Origin: Podarcis pityusensis
Lineage: Eukaryota
Direction: 5' to 3' (one strand)
Length of the DNA stretch: 64,000 nt
Assembly (NCBI GenBank): GCA_964106645.2
Contig: OZ067040.1
Shown here: piece after piece, positions 54,901 through 61,630 of the stretch
How positions within the stretch are numbered: position 1 is the stretch's first letter
How the letters are laid out: each line of letters opens with the position of its first letter
Made by a program: the position numbers and the translations under genes
Notes under the pieces: generated by a model
The model's input: the letters and a program-made list of their open reading frames with translations, nothing else
What the model was told of the DNA's origin: nothing
Database searches by the model: none

Positions 54901-57900
54901 GATATGGAACCAATATTCAACCAATAACATTCATCAGGCACTGAAGATCTGCTCTTCTGGTAGTAACCAATGGAACTTTTGTGTACTTATATGCAATTAT
55001 GAATTACTATAATAGCCACATGGAACACTGCAAATATTTCAGATATAAACTGCAATATTCCATGAATTACCACTTCGTAATGTTTGTAAAACTATTTATG
55101 GCTGTTGAATAAACAGCAATTCTGGCTCTTCCTACCTACCTTTCCTGGTAGTTCCATATTGAAGATGGTTAAATAATTGTAGTTGTATTAAAAGAATAAG
55201 TACAAGTAAGTCTGGCTATTTTATAATATTAGTAATATATTCTCTTAAATGAAACAGTTAAACAGCTGAGTAGGGATAGGTTTGTTTTGTCATTAAATTG
55301 TTAGTAGTATTAATGGGAAATTTTATAAATATTACGTAAGACAACAAGTAAATTATATTACACTGTGTGAATTCTGGCACATGCATGATTTGTTGTATTT
55401 CAGTTGCTGTCTAACAATTTCCCCCCAAATACATTGTTTGCTTGGATCTTAAAGTTTTTCTGCAGATTTTTTTTCTTTCTCCAAATATACTGTGTTGGTG
55501 TTTTTGTCTTTCCTTTCTCATTGCTTCAATAAGGCATGCTGGCTGTGGCTTCTTGCATGTGTGGCCTCTCTAACTTATATTCAGAGTCTGTGAAAAAACT
55601 TCGCACCTCTTATATAAGTAAGTCATCTCATAAGAATAAAGTGTTTTAACATCCAGTTGATTAGGTTATATGCATTCATCACCCTGAATATTTTACCATA
55701 GCCTTTACTTTTCAGCTTCTTTCACTAACATATTGGCAGAGATTAATTCTATAATAATATAATTATAGACTGTTACCTGAGATACTATCAATATGGAATA
55801 TTGGGTACAATAAGATCCAGATTACATCCTTCATCTATTTTGCAAACAACAGTAAAACAAGTGGCATTAGTAGATAATAGAATACAAGTCACAAATGTGC
55901 AGTGGTGCCCACAAATGTGCAGAAATGCGTGCAGTGGTGTCCACAAAGACCTTCATTGGTGCCCTTGGACAAAGGACCAAGACTCTGAACTTTCCTTTTT
56001 ATTTTTAATAAGCTAGCCTGGCTGCCTCTGTCAGTGCTTTTTAGCCAGTGAGTGAAGTCAGAGCTGTGATTGTTGAATGTGTTGTATGGACACCAGACAA
56101 TATTAGTATTGGTATTACTGTTAATTTATTAATCACCTTCTAAACCATTGTCTCAAGGTGATTTACATATAAAATAATTTAAAATGGTTAAAAACACAAA
56201 AACAAATCAATTTAAAACAAACGTAAAACTTGTTATAAAGACCCATTTATCCAGCTGGGAAAGCATTCTGTTTCTCCTTTCCATTTAGTGCACTTTTCCT
56301 GCTTGTCTTGTTTGCTAGTAGTCCCTGGAATCTCCGAAGTTTATCCTTCCTTTTTTCCTAGTGATCAGGATGCAACTTTCTTGTGGTGGGTTCTCCTGAG
56401 ATCAGATACTGCCTAGAAGTTATTTTCTGCAAATACTTCTACACAATAAGTGTGGGTGAATTTTAAAGCATCCCCTCCCTAAATGGCAAAATTCAAAATG
56501 TGAACTTTTCAAAAGAGGCTTAGGCATGTCTCCTGCTGTGCTGGACTTAAAGCCAGGCACTCATTAAGAATTCACTGTATAGTTAAATTATGATACAATA
56601 TTATACATGTTGTACGTTTCATTCAAGTAAAAGTGACATTAACTGTTCTTGGGGTGCAAGTGCAGACATGTCTGGACTACAAAGGTGTAATTGCAAATGG
56701 CAGGGTAGAAGATGACCCAATAGTGTGTGTACTGGCCCCAGTATTGTACTGTGCATTTCTTAAAATTTCTATCTCTCTGTGTTGGTCTGTAGTCTCTGGA
56801 TTAATCTGTAATTCAGGTTTTGAGCAGATCTGTAAAATGAAGCTCTCTGTTCTCTCTTCGCTATGGAGGGTAATGGAGGGCAATGCAGTTCATTGGTTCT
56901 GTTCCTGCTCCTAGGGCTGTTTCCAGAGAGTAGTTTGGGGAGGACCATTGTTTGGCACCATGGGAGTGGAGCTGTAGGCTTCATCTTGTCCTCCATGCTA
57001 TGTAACATCTATATGAAAATGCTGGGAGCTCTCATCAGGGGTTTTGATGTGAGGTGTCACCAATATGTGGGTGCTAGACCAATGCTTGGAGGCAATAATG
57101 GGTGGGATGTGGCCCAATAAGTTGAAGGTGAATACTGAAAACACAGGTATTATGTGTTCTAAGTTGTTGAGTCCAGGACGTGGGGGCATGGTGTGTTCTG
57201 CACAGCTTGGGAGGGGAGGATAGTCCAGGATCCAGTATTGTCATTTGAGGCTCAGTTGGCCTTGATGCTTAGATATACCTCTTTCCAGCTTTTGACTGGT
57301 TTACAGCTCTAGCCTCTTATGAACTGAGATGGCATGATCATCATACTCCATCCACTGATAACTTCCAGGCTGGATTATTGGAATGCACTCTATGTGGAGC
57401 TGCCTTTGAAGATGACTTGGAAACTGCAACTGGTCCAAAATACAATAGCCAGGTTACTGGTTGGATTTCATTTAGAACACACCTCTTTACTCTGGCCTTT
57501 GATACCTGAAATACATATTTTAGATGTAATCTGTTTTAACTGTTTTTCACAAGGGTCTTCTGGTGAATGGTGTATAATAATAACTAATATTATAATAGAA
57601 AATCTAAAAATGGAAATAACCCTTTCCACTTTTGGCCAAAGTGGAGAATCCCTGCGACAGGGTGAGCTCCCGTTGCTTGGTCCCTGCTCCTGCCAACCTA
57701 GCAGTTCGAAAGCATGTCAAAGTGCAAGTAGATAAATAGGTACCGCTCCAGCGGGAAGGTAAATGGTGTTTCTGTGCGCTGCTCTGGTTCGCCAGAAGCG
57801 GCTTAGTCATGCTGGCCACATGACCCGGAAGCTGTACGCCAACTCCCTTGGCCAATAAAGCGAGATGATCGCCGCAACCCCAGAGTCGGCCACGACTGGA

Positions 57901-58221
57901 CCTAATGGTCAGGGGTCCTTTTACCTTTCCCTTACTTTTCTCTGTAATCCATATTAGGGTGGTACCTTTATTAGGCCATTTAAAACTCCCAGATCCATAC
58001 ATTTAACATTTTGGGGGGAATGGGAGCAATGGCCTGGCTCTTTGTCAGGAATAATTTTGCTTCTCTTTTTTTCGCAACACCAACTTTTCCAATGCTTGTG
58101 TGTATCCTCCCATAGGTTTTACAGATCTCTGATAGGTCTTCCAGCATGAGGCTGCCTAGCTGCCTGTGGAGTTCTGAAGAGTTCTAGATATTAAAGTAGA
58201 ATAATGTAGTTTTATTTATAA

Positions 58222-58252
<31 letters not shown>

Positions 58253-61200
58253 TGTGTGTGTGTTAAGAAAGCCTTCACTCCTGTGATTTTACAAAGAAAA
58301 TCAAGAGCTCTTCAGTGCCTAGCAAGCAACATTATGGACAGCCTTGTTTATTGCAAAGCCCATGGACCTAGAGAAACCTAGAACTGTAAGATAACAAACA
58401 ACAGATTGACATGAGGCTTTGTGAGGCTTTGTACTTCTGCCTTTCAGTGTCACCTTTACACTTCAACACCTTTCATAACAGCATCTCCTTCCAAAGCAGC
58501 CCAAGTATTTCATCATCTGTAGTGATGCCTGTTGTTGCTACTTCGGTTTTGTAGTGGATACAGTGCTTTTTTTATCCTTATCAACGGTCTAGATGCCAAA
58601 ATCACATGTTGACTGTCACGTTGATTGAGCAAGAGTTCCAAACAACCACCACAGTCCTGGATTTTTCACCACCATGGTGTTTTCTGAAATTAGTGGTTTC
58701 TTGGGCCTAGAAGGGCACAGATTATCAAATAGATCAATATATTTGAAGTATGTATTTTTAGGCCTTTCATCAAAATTTGATCTGTTTTGACGACACTGGT
58801 AGGCAAATACTTAAACATGTTAAATATTACTAATTCTAGCTTGCTTTTTATAGTCTATGCTGGTTTTTAAATGTAATCTATTTGTCCTTACCATAAAGAG
58901 GAACATCTATTTCCCAAGGAAATGCTTTAAATTCCATGGGTTCATAGAATTTTCTGTTCATGTCATTGGATCCAGACTTACCTGTGCTTAGATTAGACCC
59001 AATGAAATAAGTGGGGCTTAATTCTTATATTCAGCTTGGTTACCTTTCTTTGTGATATACTTGTTTACAGTACAGGTAATTTTGCATTAATCACATATAT
59101 TACATAGAAAAATCACATTGAAAAATGGCTTTCATGCACATCTATACCAACTCCCCTTTTCCCTGAATCTTCATAATCATCCTGTTCCCCAAAGAAGAAA
59201 CACTGATACTTTGAACAGCAAAACACGTTTGTCAAAACTCTTAGTTAAAAATATAATTAAGTATCGGATTTGATTGTTTCCCCACTGGGTACAAAAATAC
59301 CTTATGTGTAATGTTTGTGTCAAGAATTAAAAGTGGTCCACAGCTGTTGAAACCTGTTGTGTTCTTTGTATTTTACAGCAGGTCTTTGTGATATTAATGA
59401 AGGTACAGCTGTACAAGAGGATCGTTGCAAGTCACCCACCTCAGGTAATGAACTGTTCTTGGAAACGCTTTAGAACTAATAGTACTTCAAAACACCTTGT
59501 AGCAGGCTTCTCTTCTCTTTTGTTTTCATGCTCCAGGAGGATTTTTACTATGCCACTGAACTTTACAGTGGTTTTCTCAAATATACACAATTCAGACAAG
59601 TACATACAGCTGAATACTTGGTTTGCCTCAAAGCCATTCTTATATATTTGTCATTATTTGTTATTTACAGTGTTTAGAATGCATTACTATAGGAAATACT
59701 ATATTATAAGGGGAATGTGTTTTATGTCTCTTGGGCTATCTGTTTCAAGAAGAGATTATTCACAGTAGAAATGTGTTCTAACTCCTACTCTCATCACAAT
59801 CTTTTATTTGTAGGAGCTTTCGTTGTTCTTTGCCAGAGGTAATTTAAGTGGGAAAAGGTCATCCCACTTTTGTCACTTCTGCTGCTGTTATAGTAAAATT
59901 AACCAACAGGGTGGAAAGTATACTGTATAATAATAGGAAGCAAGGAGTGAGTAGCGATTTCATTAAACTTTAGAATCTTTATTTCAGATAAGCAATTTGG
60001 CAAGTTGTTATATTTTTCTTAAATAGGAGTTGAGACTTTTTCAGTGGATTAGATTTTAATTGGACCTAGCAAAAAAAACTCCTCCCTCTGCTTCCCTGTC
60101 TGCTTTTTCAGCAGCAGCAAAATCATCATCATCACAGAATCCAGGGAGCAAGCGGGAGGGGGGGGGCTAACAGTGTCACCACAGGAGGGTGAACAGGGGC
60201 TTTTTGTGTACAGTAAGCCTGCAACTTAACACACATTTAACTTGTGCAGATTCAGCTTTATGTGCATGGCAAATTTATTGATTGATTCTTAAAAAGCAGG
60301 CAGGGTTCTGGGGAAAATGACTCTGGCAATCCCACCCACCATTGGATTTTGACTAGACACAATTTTGCCTTTAGGTGTGATCCCTCGATTAAGCCATTTT
60401 TTTAATCATGTGTATTAATTTGCTGAACCCAATCATGACTCTGACTTGGGTAGGGAGGAGAGTGCCTCCCATCACTAGAAGAGAATGAACGTAATATTCC
60501 CAAGGAATTCAGGAAGTATTCTTATTGAAAGTAGTAGTTCCTGATATCATTTGTATCATTAATTTTTTTTTCATCGGTACAATGTTGGTATGCATAGAGA
60601 AGGGAGGGAAGGTTTTTTATATTCTTAGTTAAAATGTAATAAATATATGCATGCAGAAAACTATTTACAAAATTCATTTTTACAGGTAAACAAAGGATGT
60701 TATTTCCAATTAGTTTTTAAAGTAATTAATAGCAAAACAACCACACTTCAAATCTTTTCTCTTTTGGATTGAAATACAGAGAATTGGCAAAAGTAGCTGT
60801 ATTTTCATTTGTTATCACAGAGATAAGTGCACTGGAACACACTTTAGACCTAAATGAAGCTATTTCTTCTGAATTATTTTGGCAATATTGATAATACAAA
60901 AATTGACATTTAAAATGTGAACTAGAATCCCTGCTATTATTATCATGTGAATATTTTTGTTAATCTGAACACATGCAACCTTTCCAGACTGTTTTGTTTC
61001 CCGTTTCCCGATTCCCATCAAAAAATATGTATCTTCTATGCTTTCCTTTGGTTGTGTGGTCTCACCTGTACTAGAAAATTGTAGCACCAGCATAAGTTCG
61101 AAAAATTAAAGCTGTGTATGATGAAAGTGAAACATGGAAGACGCAAAAGTTATCTGTCTCAAATGTAGATGTCCTTATGCAAATTCTAAGGGCATAAAGC

Positions 61201-61630
61201 AGGAGATATAGGTGAATACTCCCTCTTTTTTTGCAGGTAAAAAGCCTGAAATAAATCATCCATAATACCCAAAGAGGTGTTTATTTAGGGGTTTATTGTT
61301 GCATATGATATGGATTAGGATATATAGTCTTTCTCATTTTGTCATCTGTCGTAATTTTTTTGTATGCATCCTTTTTTTGTTAATATCCATTTCGTATGTC
61401 CCTTTCATTCTTATCTTCACTCATTTAGGTTCTGGTTCTCCCAACAATTCTGATGATGATCAAAAAATGAATAATTTTATAGAAAAGGGTATAGTATTTT
61501 TATTTTTAAGAGAATTATCATAAATTTTCATTAGCTCATATTTTTAGTAAATTGACATTTTGTATTGAAATATTATTTGCAGTGAAGACCAAAAGCAGAA
61601 AGTTTTCCAAGATGGTAGCCAATGATATAG
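919..61630 (+). CDS. STXBP5: STXBP5 (syntaxin-binding protein 5 / tomosyn-1), partial multi-exon CDS, exons ~4-21; gene extends beyond both window edges
   Basis: The spliced exons translate without stops from GALVSALADDTLHLWNLRQKRP to KTKSRKFSKMVANDI and match tomosyn-1 (EPRSPRKSRQPSG, NSDDDQKMNNFIEK) rather than STXBP5L. All introns are GT-AG with matching phases. Confidence 0.97.
3487..3776 (-). mobile_element. Short bipartite BovB/RTE-derived non-autonomous element (5' part joined to 3' tail)
   Basis: 12-bp TSD CAACAATAGTGT at 3475-3486 and 3777-3788. 3487-3549 matches the 3' end of the BovB copy at ~19195-19259. 3550-3776 reads like a BovB 5' end (CCCCTTCATGGATCACTGCCTTGTCGTGGTGAAGGGG...). 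Confidence 0.8.
4962..5156. mobile_element. Tc1/mariner (Tigger/pogo-like) MITE, copy 1
   Basis: TA|CAGTGGTAG...TACCACTG|TA. Same family as 32648-32869, in opposite orientation. Confidence 0.85.
5549..5832 (+). mobile_element. Squam3-type tRNA-derived SINE with (CTT)n tail
   Basis: A-box-like TGGTGTAGTGG, B-box-like GGTTCGCTCTCC, core GTGACCTTGGGCCAGTCAC, and a (CTT)n tail at ~5790-5832. Confidence 0.85.
9713..9847 (+). CDS. STXBP5: STXBP5 exon (~5), 135 nt
   Basis: tttcag|G...GAACT|gtgagt; ITFCHMPFQSKWLYVGTERGNIHIVNVESFSLSGYVIMWNKAIEL. Confidence 0.96.
11098..11325. mobile_element. Non-autonomous DNA-transposon-like element containing an L2-type 3' end
   Basis: Imperfect TIRs CAGACCTTCCAA / TTGGAGGGTATT and flanking AAAAGG on both sides. 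Internal GTCCCTATTTTC repeats. The internal GGAAGCCGCCCAGAGTGGCT is shared with the L2 tail at 51883-51902. Confidence 0.55.
13551..13724. mobile_element. Old hAT (Charlie-like) MITE
   Basis: TIRs CAGTGGTTCCCA / TGGGAACCATTG; degenerate 8-bp flanks (cagtaggc / caatagca). Confidence 0.55.
15195..15258 (+). CDS. STXBP5: STXBP5 exon (~6), 64 nt
   Basis: tttcag|G...AAG|gtatgt; SSKSHPGPVVHISDNPMDEGK. Confidence 0.96.
17373..17543. mobile_element. Degenerate Tc1/mariner (Tigger-like) MITE
   Basis: TA|CAGGGGAATCCCTGCTT ... AAGTGGGGAGCTGCCTG|TA; imperfect TIRs with TA flanks. Confidence 0.5.
18155..19261 (+). mobile_element. BovB (RTE clade LINE), 5'-truncated, reverse transcriptase C-terminal half
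   Basis: ORF 18371-19252 carries LRYADD and RLQYFGHLMRR and ends SRTRLND. The upstream GVRQGCILSP motif is broken by CGA>TGA at 18356-18358. (CAA)-type tail; AGTAGCAG flanks at 18147-18154 and 19262-19269. Confidence 0.95.
20074..20157 (+). CDS. STXBP5: STXBP5 exon (~7), 84 nt
   Basis: ttacag|CTA...GAG|gtaacc; LLIGFESGTVALWDLKCKKADYRYTHDE. Confidence 0.96.
21897..22243 (-). mobile_element. Sauria SINE (Squam1), near full length
   Basis: Highly similar to the copies at 37015, 43791 and 57646; (ACCTTT)-type tail at the left end. Confidence 0.92.
24693..27800 (+). mobile_element. Large degraded element, possibly a DIRS-like (tyrosine recombinase) retrotransposon; boundaries approximate
   Basis: The first ~400 bp are homologous to 39142-39500. 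Decayed recombinase-like peptide traces occur near 27260-27700 (QASAV...RFLPG; SLFVQF...RGEKISKPSVS by eye). No intact ORF. Confidence 0.35.
27493..27556 (-). mobile_element. L2 LINE 3' end fragment
   Basis: ATACCCCACCCATCTGGCTGGGTTTCCCCAGTCACTCTGGGC is the reverse complement of the L2 tail at 51889-51930. Confidence 0.75.
28894..29231. mobile_element. hAT (Tip100-like) non-autonomous element
   Basis: 17-bp TIRs CAGAGGCTTACCTAGGG / CCCTAGGTATGCCTCTG (16/17 match); 8-bp flanks gttggaaa / cttggaaa. Confidence 0.8.
31125..31211 (-). mobile_element. CR1 LINE 3' end fragment
   Basis: GTAGAATCTTATAGTTGGAAGAGACCCAAGGG...TAGTCCAACCCCCTGC, the reverse complement of a CR1-type tail (compare 43098-43159). 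Confidence 0.7.
31714..31862 (-). mobile_element. Penelope-like element terminal-repeat fragment
   Basis: The reverse complement reads CTGAAGAAGTGTGTATGCACACGAAAGCTCATACC...TTAGTTGGTCTCTTAAGGTGCTACTGGAAGG; homologous to 52180-52255. Confidence 0.75.
32648..32869. mobile_element. Tc1/mariner (Tigger/pogo-like) MITE, copy 2
   Basis: TA|CAGTGGTACCTTGGGTTA ... TAACCCGAGGTACCACTG|TA; internal TAACCTGAAG repeats. Confidence 0.88.
33457..33600. mobile_element. Degenerate palindromic hAT MITE (relative of 46601-46736)
   Basis: GGCCCTCCAAATGTTGTTGGATTACAACTCCCAT ... GATGGGAGTTG arms. Confidence 0.55.
34886..35009 (+). CDS. STXBP5: STXBP5 exon (~8), 124 nt
   Basis: gatcag|GCA...CATG|gtaagt; AIHSVAWHHEGKQFICSHSDGTLTIWNVRNPTKPFQTITPHG. 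Confidence 0.96.
36418..36496 (+). CDS. STXBP5: STXBP5 exon (~9), 79 nt
   Basis: ttttag|GA...GCTGG|gtaaga; KQVKDGKKPEPCKPILKVEYKTTRAG. Confidence 0.96.
37015..37364 (-). mobile_element. Sauria SINE (Squam1), full length
   Basis: TSD TGAGCTGG(A/G)GGTA at 37002-37014 and 37365-37377; B box GGTTCGAATCC on the minus strand. Confidence 0.95.
38647..38801 (+). CDS. STXBP5: STXBP5 exon (~10), 155 nt
   Basis: ttgcag|A...AATG|gtaggt; EPFIILSGGLSYDTVGRRPCLTVMHGKSTAVLEMDYSIVDFLTLCETPYPN. Confidence 0.96.
39142..39500 (+). mobile_element. Second copy of the 5' region of the element at 24693 (extent to the right uncertain)
   Basis: AAGATGCTCTCAGG...GAGCTCCCTCTAG...AGGCAGGATTGC and GTAGTTTAATGTTTG are shared with 24693-25100. 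Confidence 0.55.
40760..40795. repeat. (TG)n microsatellite
   Basis: Uninterrupted GT dinucleotide run ~140 nt upstream of exon ~11. Confidence 0.95.
40934..41006 (+). CDS. STXBP5: STXBP5 exon (~11), 73 nt
   Basis: tcttag|AT...ATGG|gtaaga; DFQEPYAVVVLLEKDLVLIDLAQNG. Confidence 0.96.
42042..42189 (+). CDS. STXBP5: STXBP5 exon (~12), 148 nt
   Basis: ttaaag|G...AAG|gtacca; YPIFENPYPLSIHESPVTCCEYFADCPVDLIPALYSVGARQKRQGYSKK. Confidence 0.96.
42273..42340 (+). CDS. STXBP5: STXBP5 exon (~13), 68 nt, after an 83-nt intron
   Basis: aaatag|GAA...CTGG|gtaagt; EWPINGGNWGLVTQSYPEIIITG. Confidence 0.96.
43098..43159 (+). mobile_element. CR1 LINE 3' end fragment
   Basis: GGCAGGGGGTTGGACTCGATGGCCCTTGTGGTCTCTTCCAACTCTATGATTCTATGAT, ending in the CR1 ATTCTATG-type repeat. 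Confidence 0.85.
43791..44109 (+). mobile_element. Sauria SINE (Squam1) with two internal deletions
   Basis: 12-bp TSD CCTATTCACATT at 43779-43790 and 44110-44121; GGGACGCGGGTGGCGCTGTGG head and CCTTTACCTTTACC tail. Confidence 0.95.
44743..44783 (+). CDS. STXBP5: STXBP5 exon (~14), 41 nt
   Basis: tgatag|G...GCAA|gtgagt; HADGSIKFWDASA. Confidence 0.95.
45798..46018 (+). CDS. STXBP5: STXBP5 exon (~15), 221 nt
   Basis: tcctag|TA...CCG|gtaatt; ITLQVLYKLKTAKVFEKSKNKDDRPSTDIVDEDPYAIQIISWCAESRMLCIAGVSAHVIVYRFSKQEITTDVIP. Confidence 0.96.
46601..46736. mobile_element. Young palindromic hAT MITE
   Basis: Exact 8-bp TSD ATATAGTA (46593-46600, 46737-46744); ~57-bp near-perfect inverted arms starting CAGGCATAGGCAAACTCGGCCCTCCAGATGTTTTG. 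Confidence 0.93.
47457..47635 (+). CDS. STXBP5: STXBP5 exon (~16), 179 nt
   Basis: ttgcag|ATG...TTAAA|gtaagt; MLEVRLLYEINYIESPDSEQVPPLPTPGTGSNPQSIAPQSHPSTSSSSSDGLRDNVPCLK. Confidence 0.96.
48834..48959 (+). CDS. STXBP5: STXBP5 exon (~17), 126 nt
   Basis: ttgcag|A...GGCTT|gtaagt; VKNSSLKQSPGYQVELVIQLVWVSGEPPQQITSLAINSAYGL. Confidence 0.96.
50316..50467 (+). CDS. STXBP5: STXBP5 exon (~18), 152 nt
   Basis: tttcag|A...GGAG|gtaagg; VVFGNCNGIAMVDYIQKTTLLNLGTVELYGSNDPYRREPRSPRKSRQPSG. Confidence 0.96.
50721..51245 (-). mobile_element. L2 LINE 3' fragment with (ATT)n tail
   Basis: Minus-strand peptide DHVTLVLKDLHWLPVHFQAQFKVLVLAFKAL (L2 ORF2 C-terminus); (ATT)n at 50721-50757. Confidence 0.85.
51838..51983 (+). 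mobile_element. Younger L2 3' end with (ATT)n tail nested in the older L2
   Basis: GGAAGCCGCCCAGAGTGGCTGGGGAAACCCAGCCAGATGGGCAGGGTACAAATAAATT(ATT)n. Confidence 0.8.
52075..52266 (+). mobile_element. Penelope-like element terminal-repeat fragment nested in L2
   Basis: 13-bp direct repeat TTGGAAAAAACTC at 52062-52074 and 52267-52279; homologous to 31714-31862. Confidence 0.8.
52176..52213 (+). ncRNA. Minimal type I hammerhead ribozyme-like motif (Penelope-associated)
   Basis: GTAT-CTGAAGA-A-GTGTGC-TT-GCACAC-GAAA-GC-TC-ATAC: CUGANGA and GAAA cores, stem II, 4-bp stem I and a palindromic AGCT in place of stem III. Confidence 0.6.
55534..55617 (+). CDS. STXBP5: Putative additional alternative STXBP5 exon, 84 nt, phase 1/1 (GMLAVASCMCGLSNLYSESVKKLRTSYI)
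   Basis: Pyrimidine tract + caataag|GC...ATAA|gtaagt. Open in the STXBP5 frame and a multiple of 3. Resembles the recalled STXBP5L segment CMRGLSNFYPDLTKRIRTSY at the equivalent position. Confidence 0.8.
56860..57470 (+). mobile_element. Degraded L2 LINE RT fragment
   Basis: NIYMKMLGALIRGFDVRCHQY; LITSRLDYWNALYVELPLKMTWKLQLVQNTIARLL. Confidence 0.8.
57646..57930 (+). mobile_element. Sauria SINE (Squam1), 5'-truncated
   Basis: Starts within the B box (GAATCCC); the body is near-identical to the other three copies. Confidence 0.92.
58225..58263. repeat. (CA)n/(TG)n compound microsatellite
   Basis: (AC)n run followed directly by (TG)n. Confidence 0.85.
59379..59444 (+). CDS. STXBP5: STXBP5 exon (~19), 66 nt (63 nt if the distal AG of CAGCAG is used)
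   Basis: ttacag|CAG...TCAG|gtaatg; AGLCDINEGTAVQEDRCKSPTS. Confidence 0.94.
61429..61488 (+). CDS. STXBP5: STXBP5 alternative exon (~20), 60 nt, hypervariable region (b-tomosyn type)
   Basis: atttag|GT...AAGG|gtatag; GSGSPNNSDDDQKMNNFIEK. Confidence 0.92.
61583..61630 (+). CDS. STXBP5: STXBP5 alternative exon (~21), 48 nt, hypervariable region (b-tomosyn type)
   Basis: ttgcag|TG...ATAG|gtagga; VKTKSRKFSKMVANDI; preceded by a 94-nt intron. Confidence 0.92.

Noticed and set aside
59071-59075. Possible 5-nt microexon (ttacag|TACAG|gtaatt)
   Set aside because: Frameshifting, explicable as a short TACAG duplication, and no homology support.
919-61630. Assignment to the paralogue STXBP5L
   Set aside because: The flanking exons (EPRSPRKSRQPSG, NSDDDQKMNNFIEK, KTKSRKFSKMVANDI) are tomosyn-1 type; only the 84-nt exon looks tomosyn-2-like.
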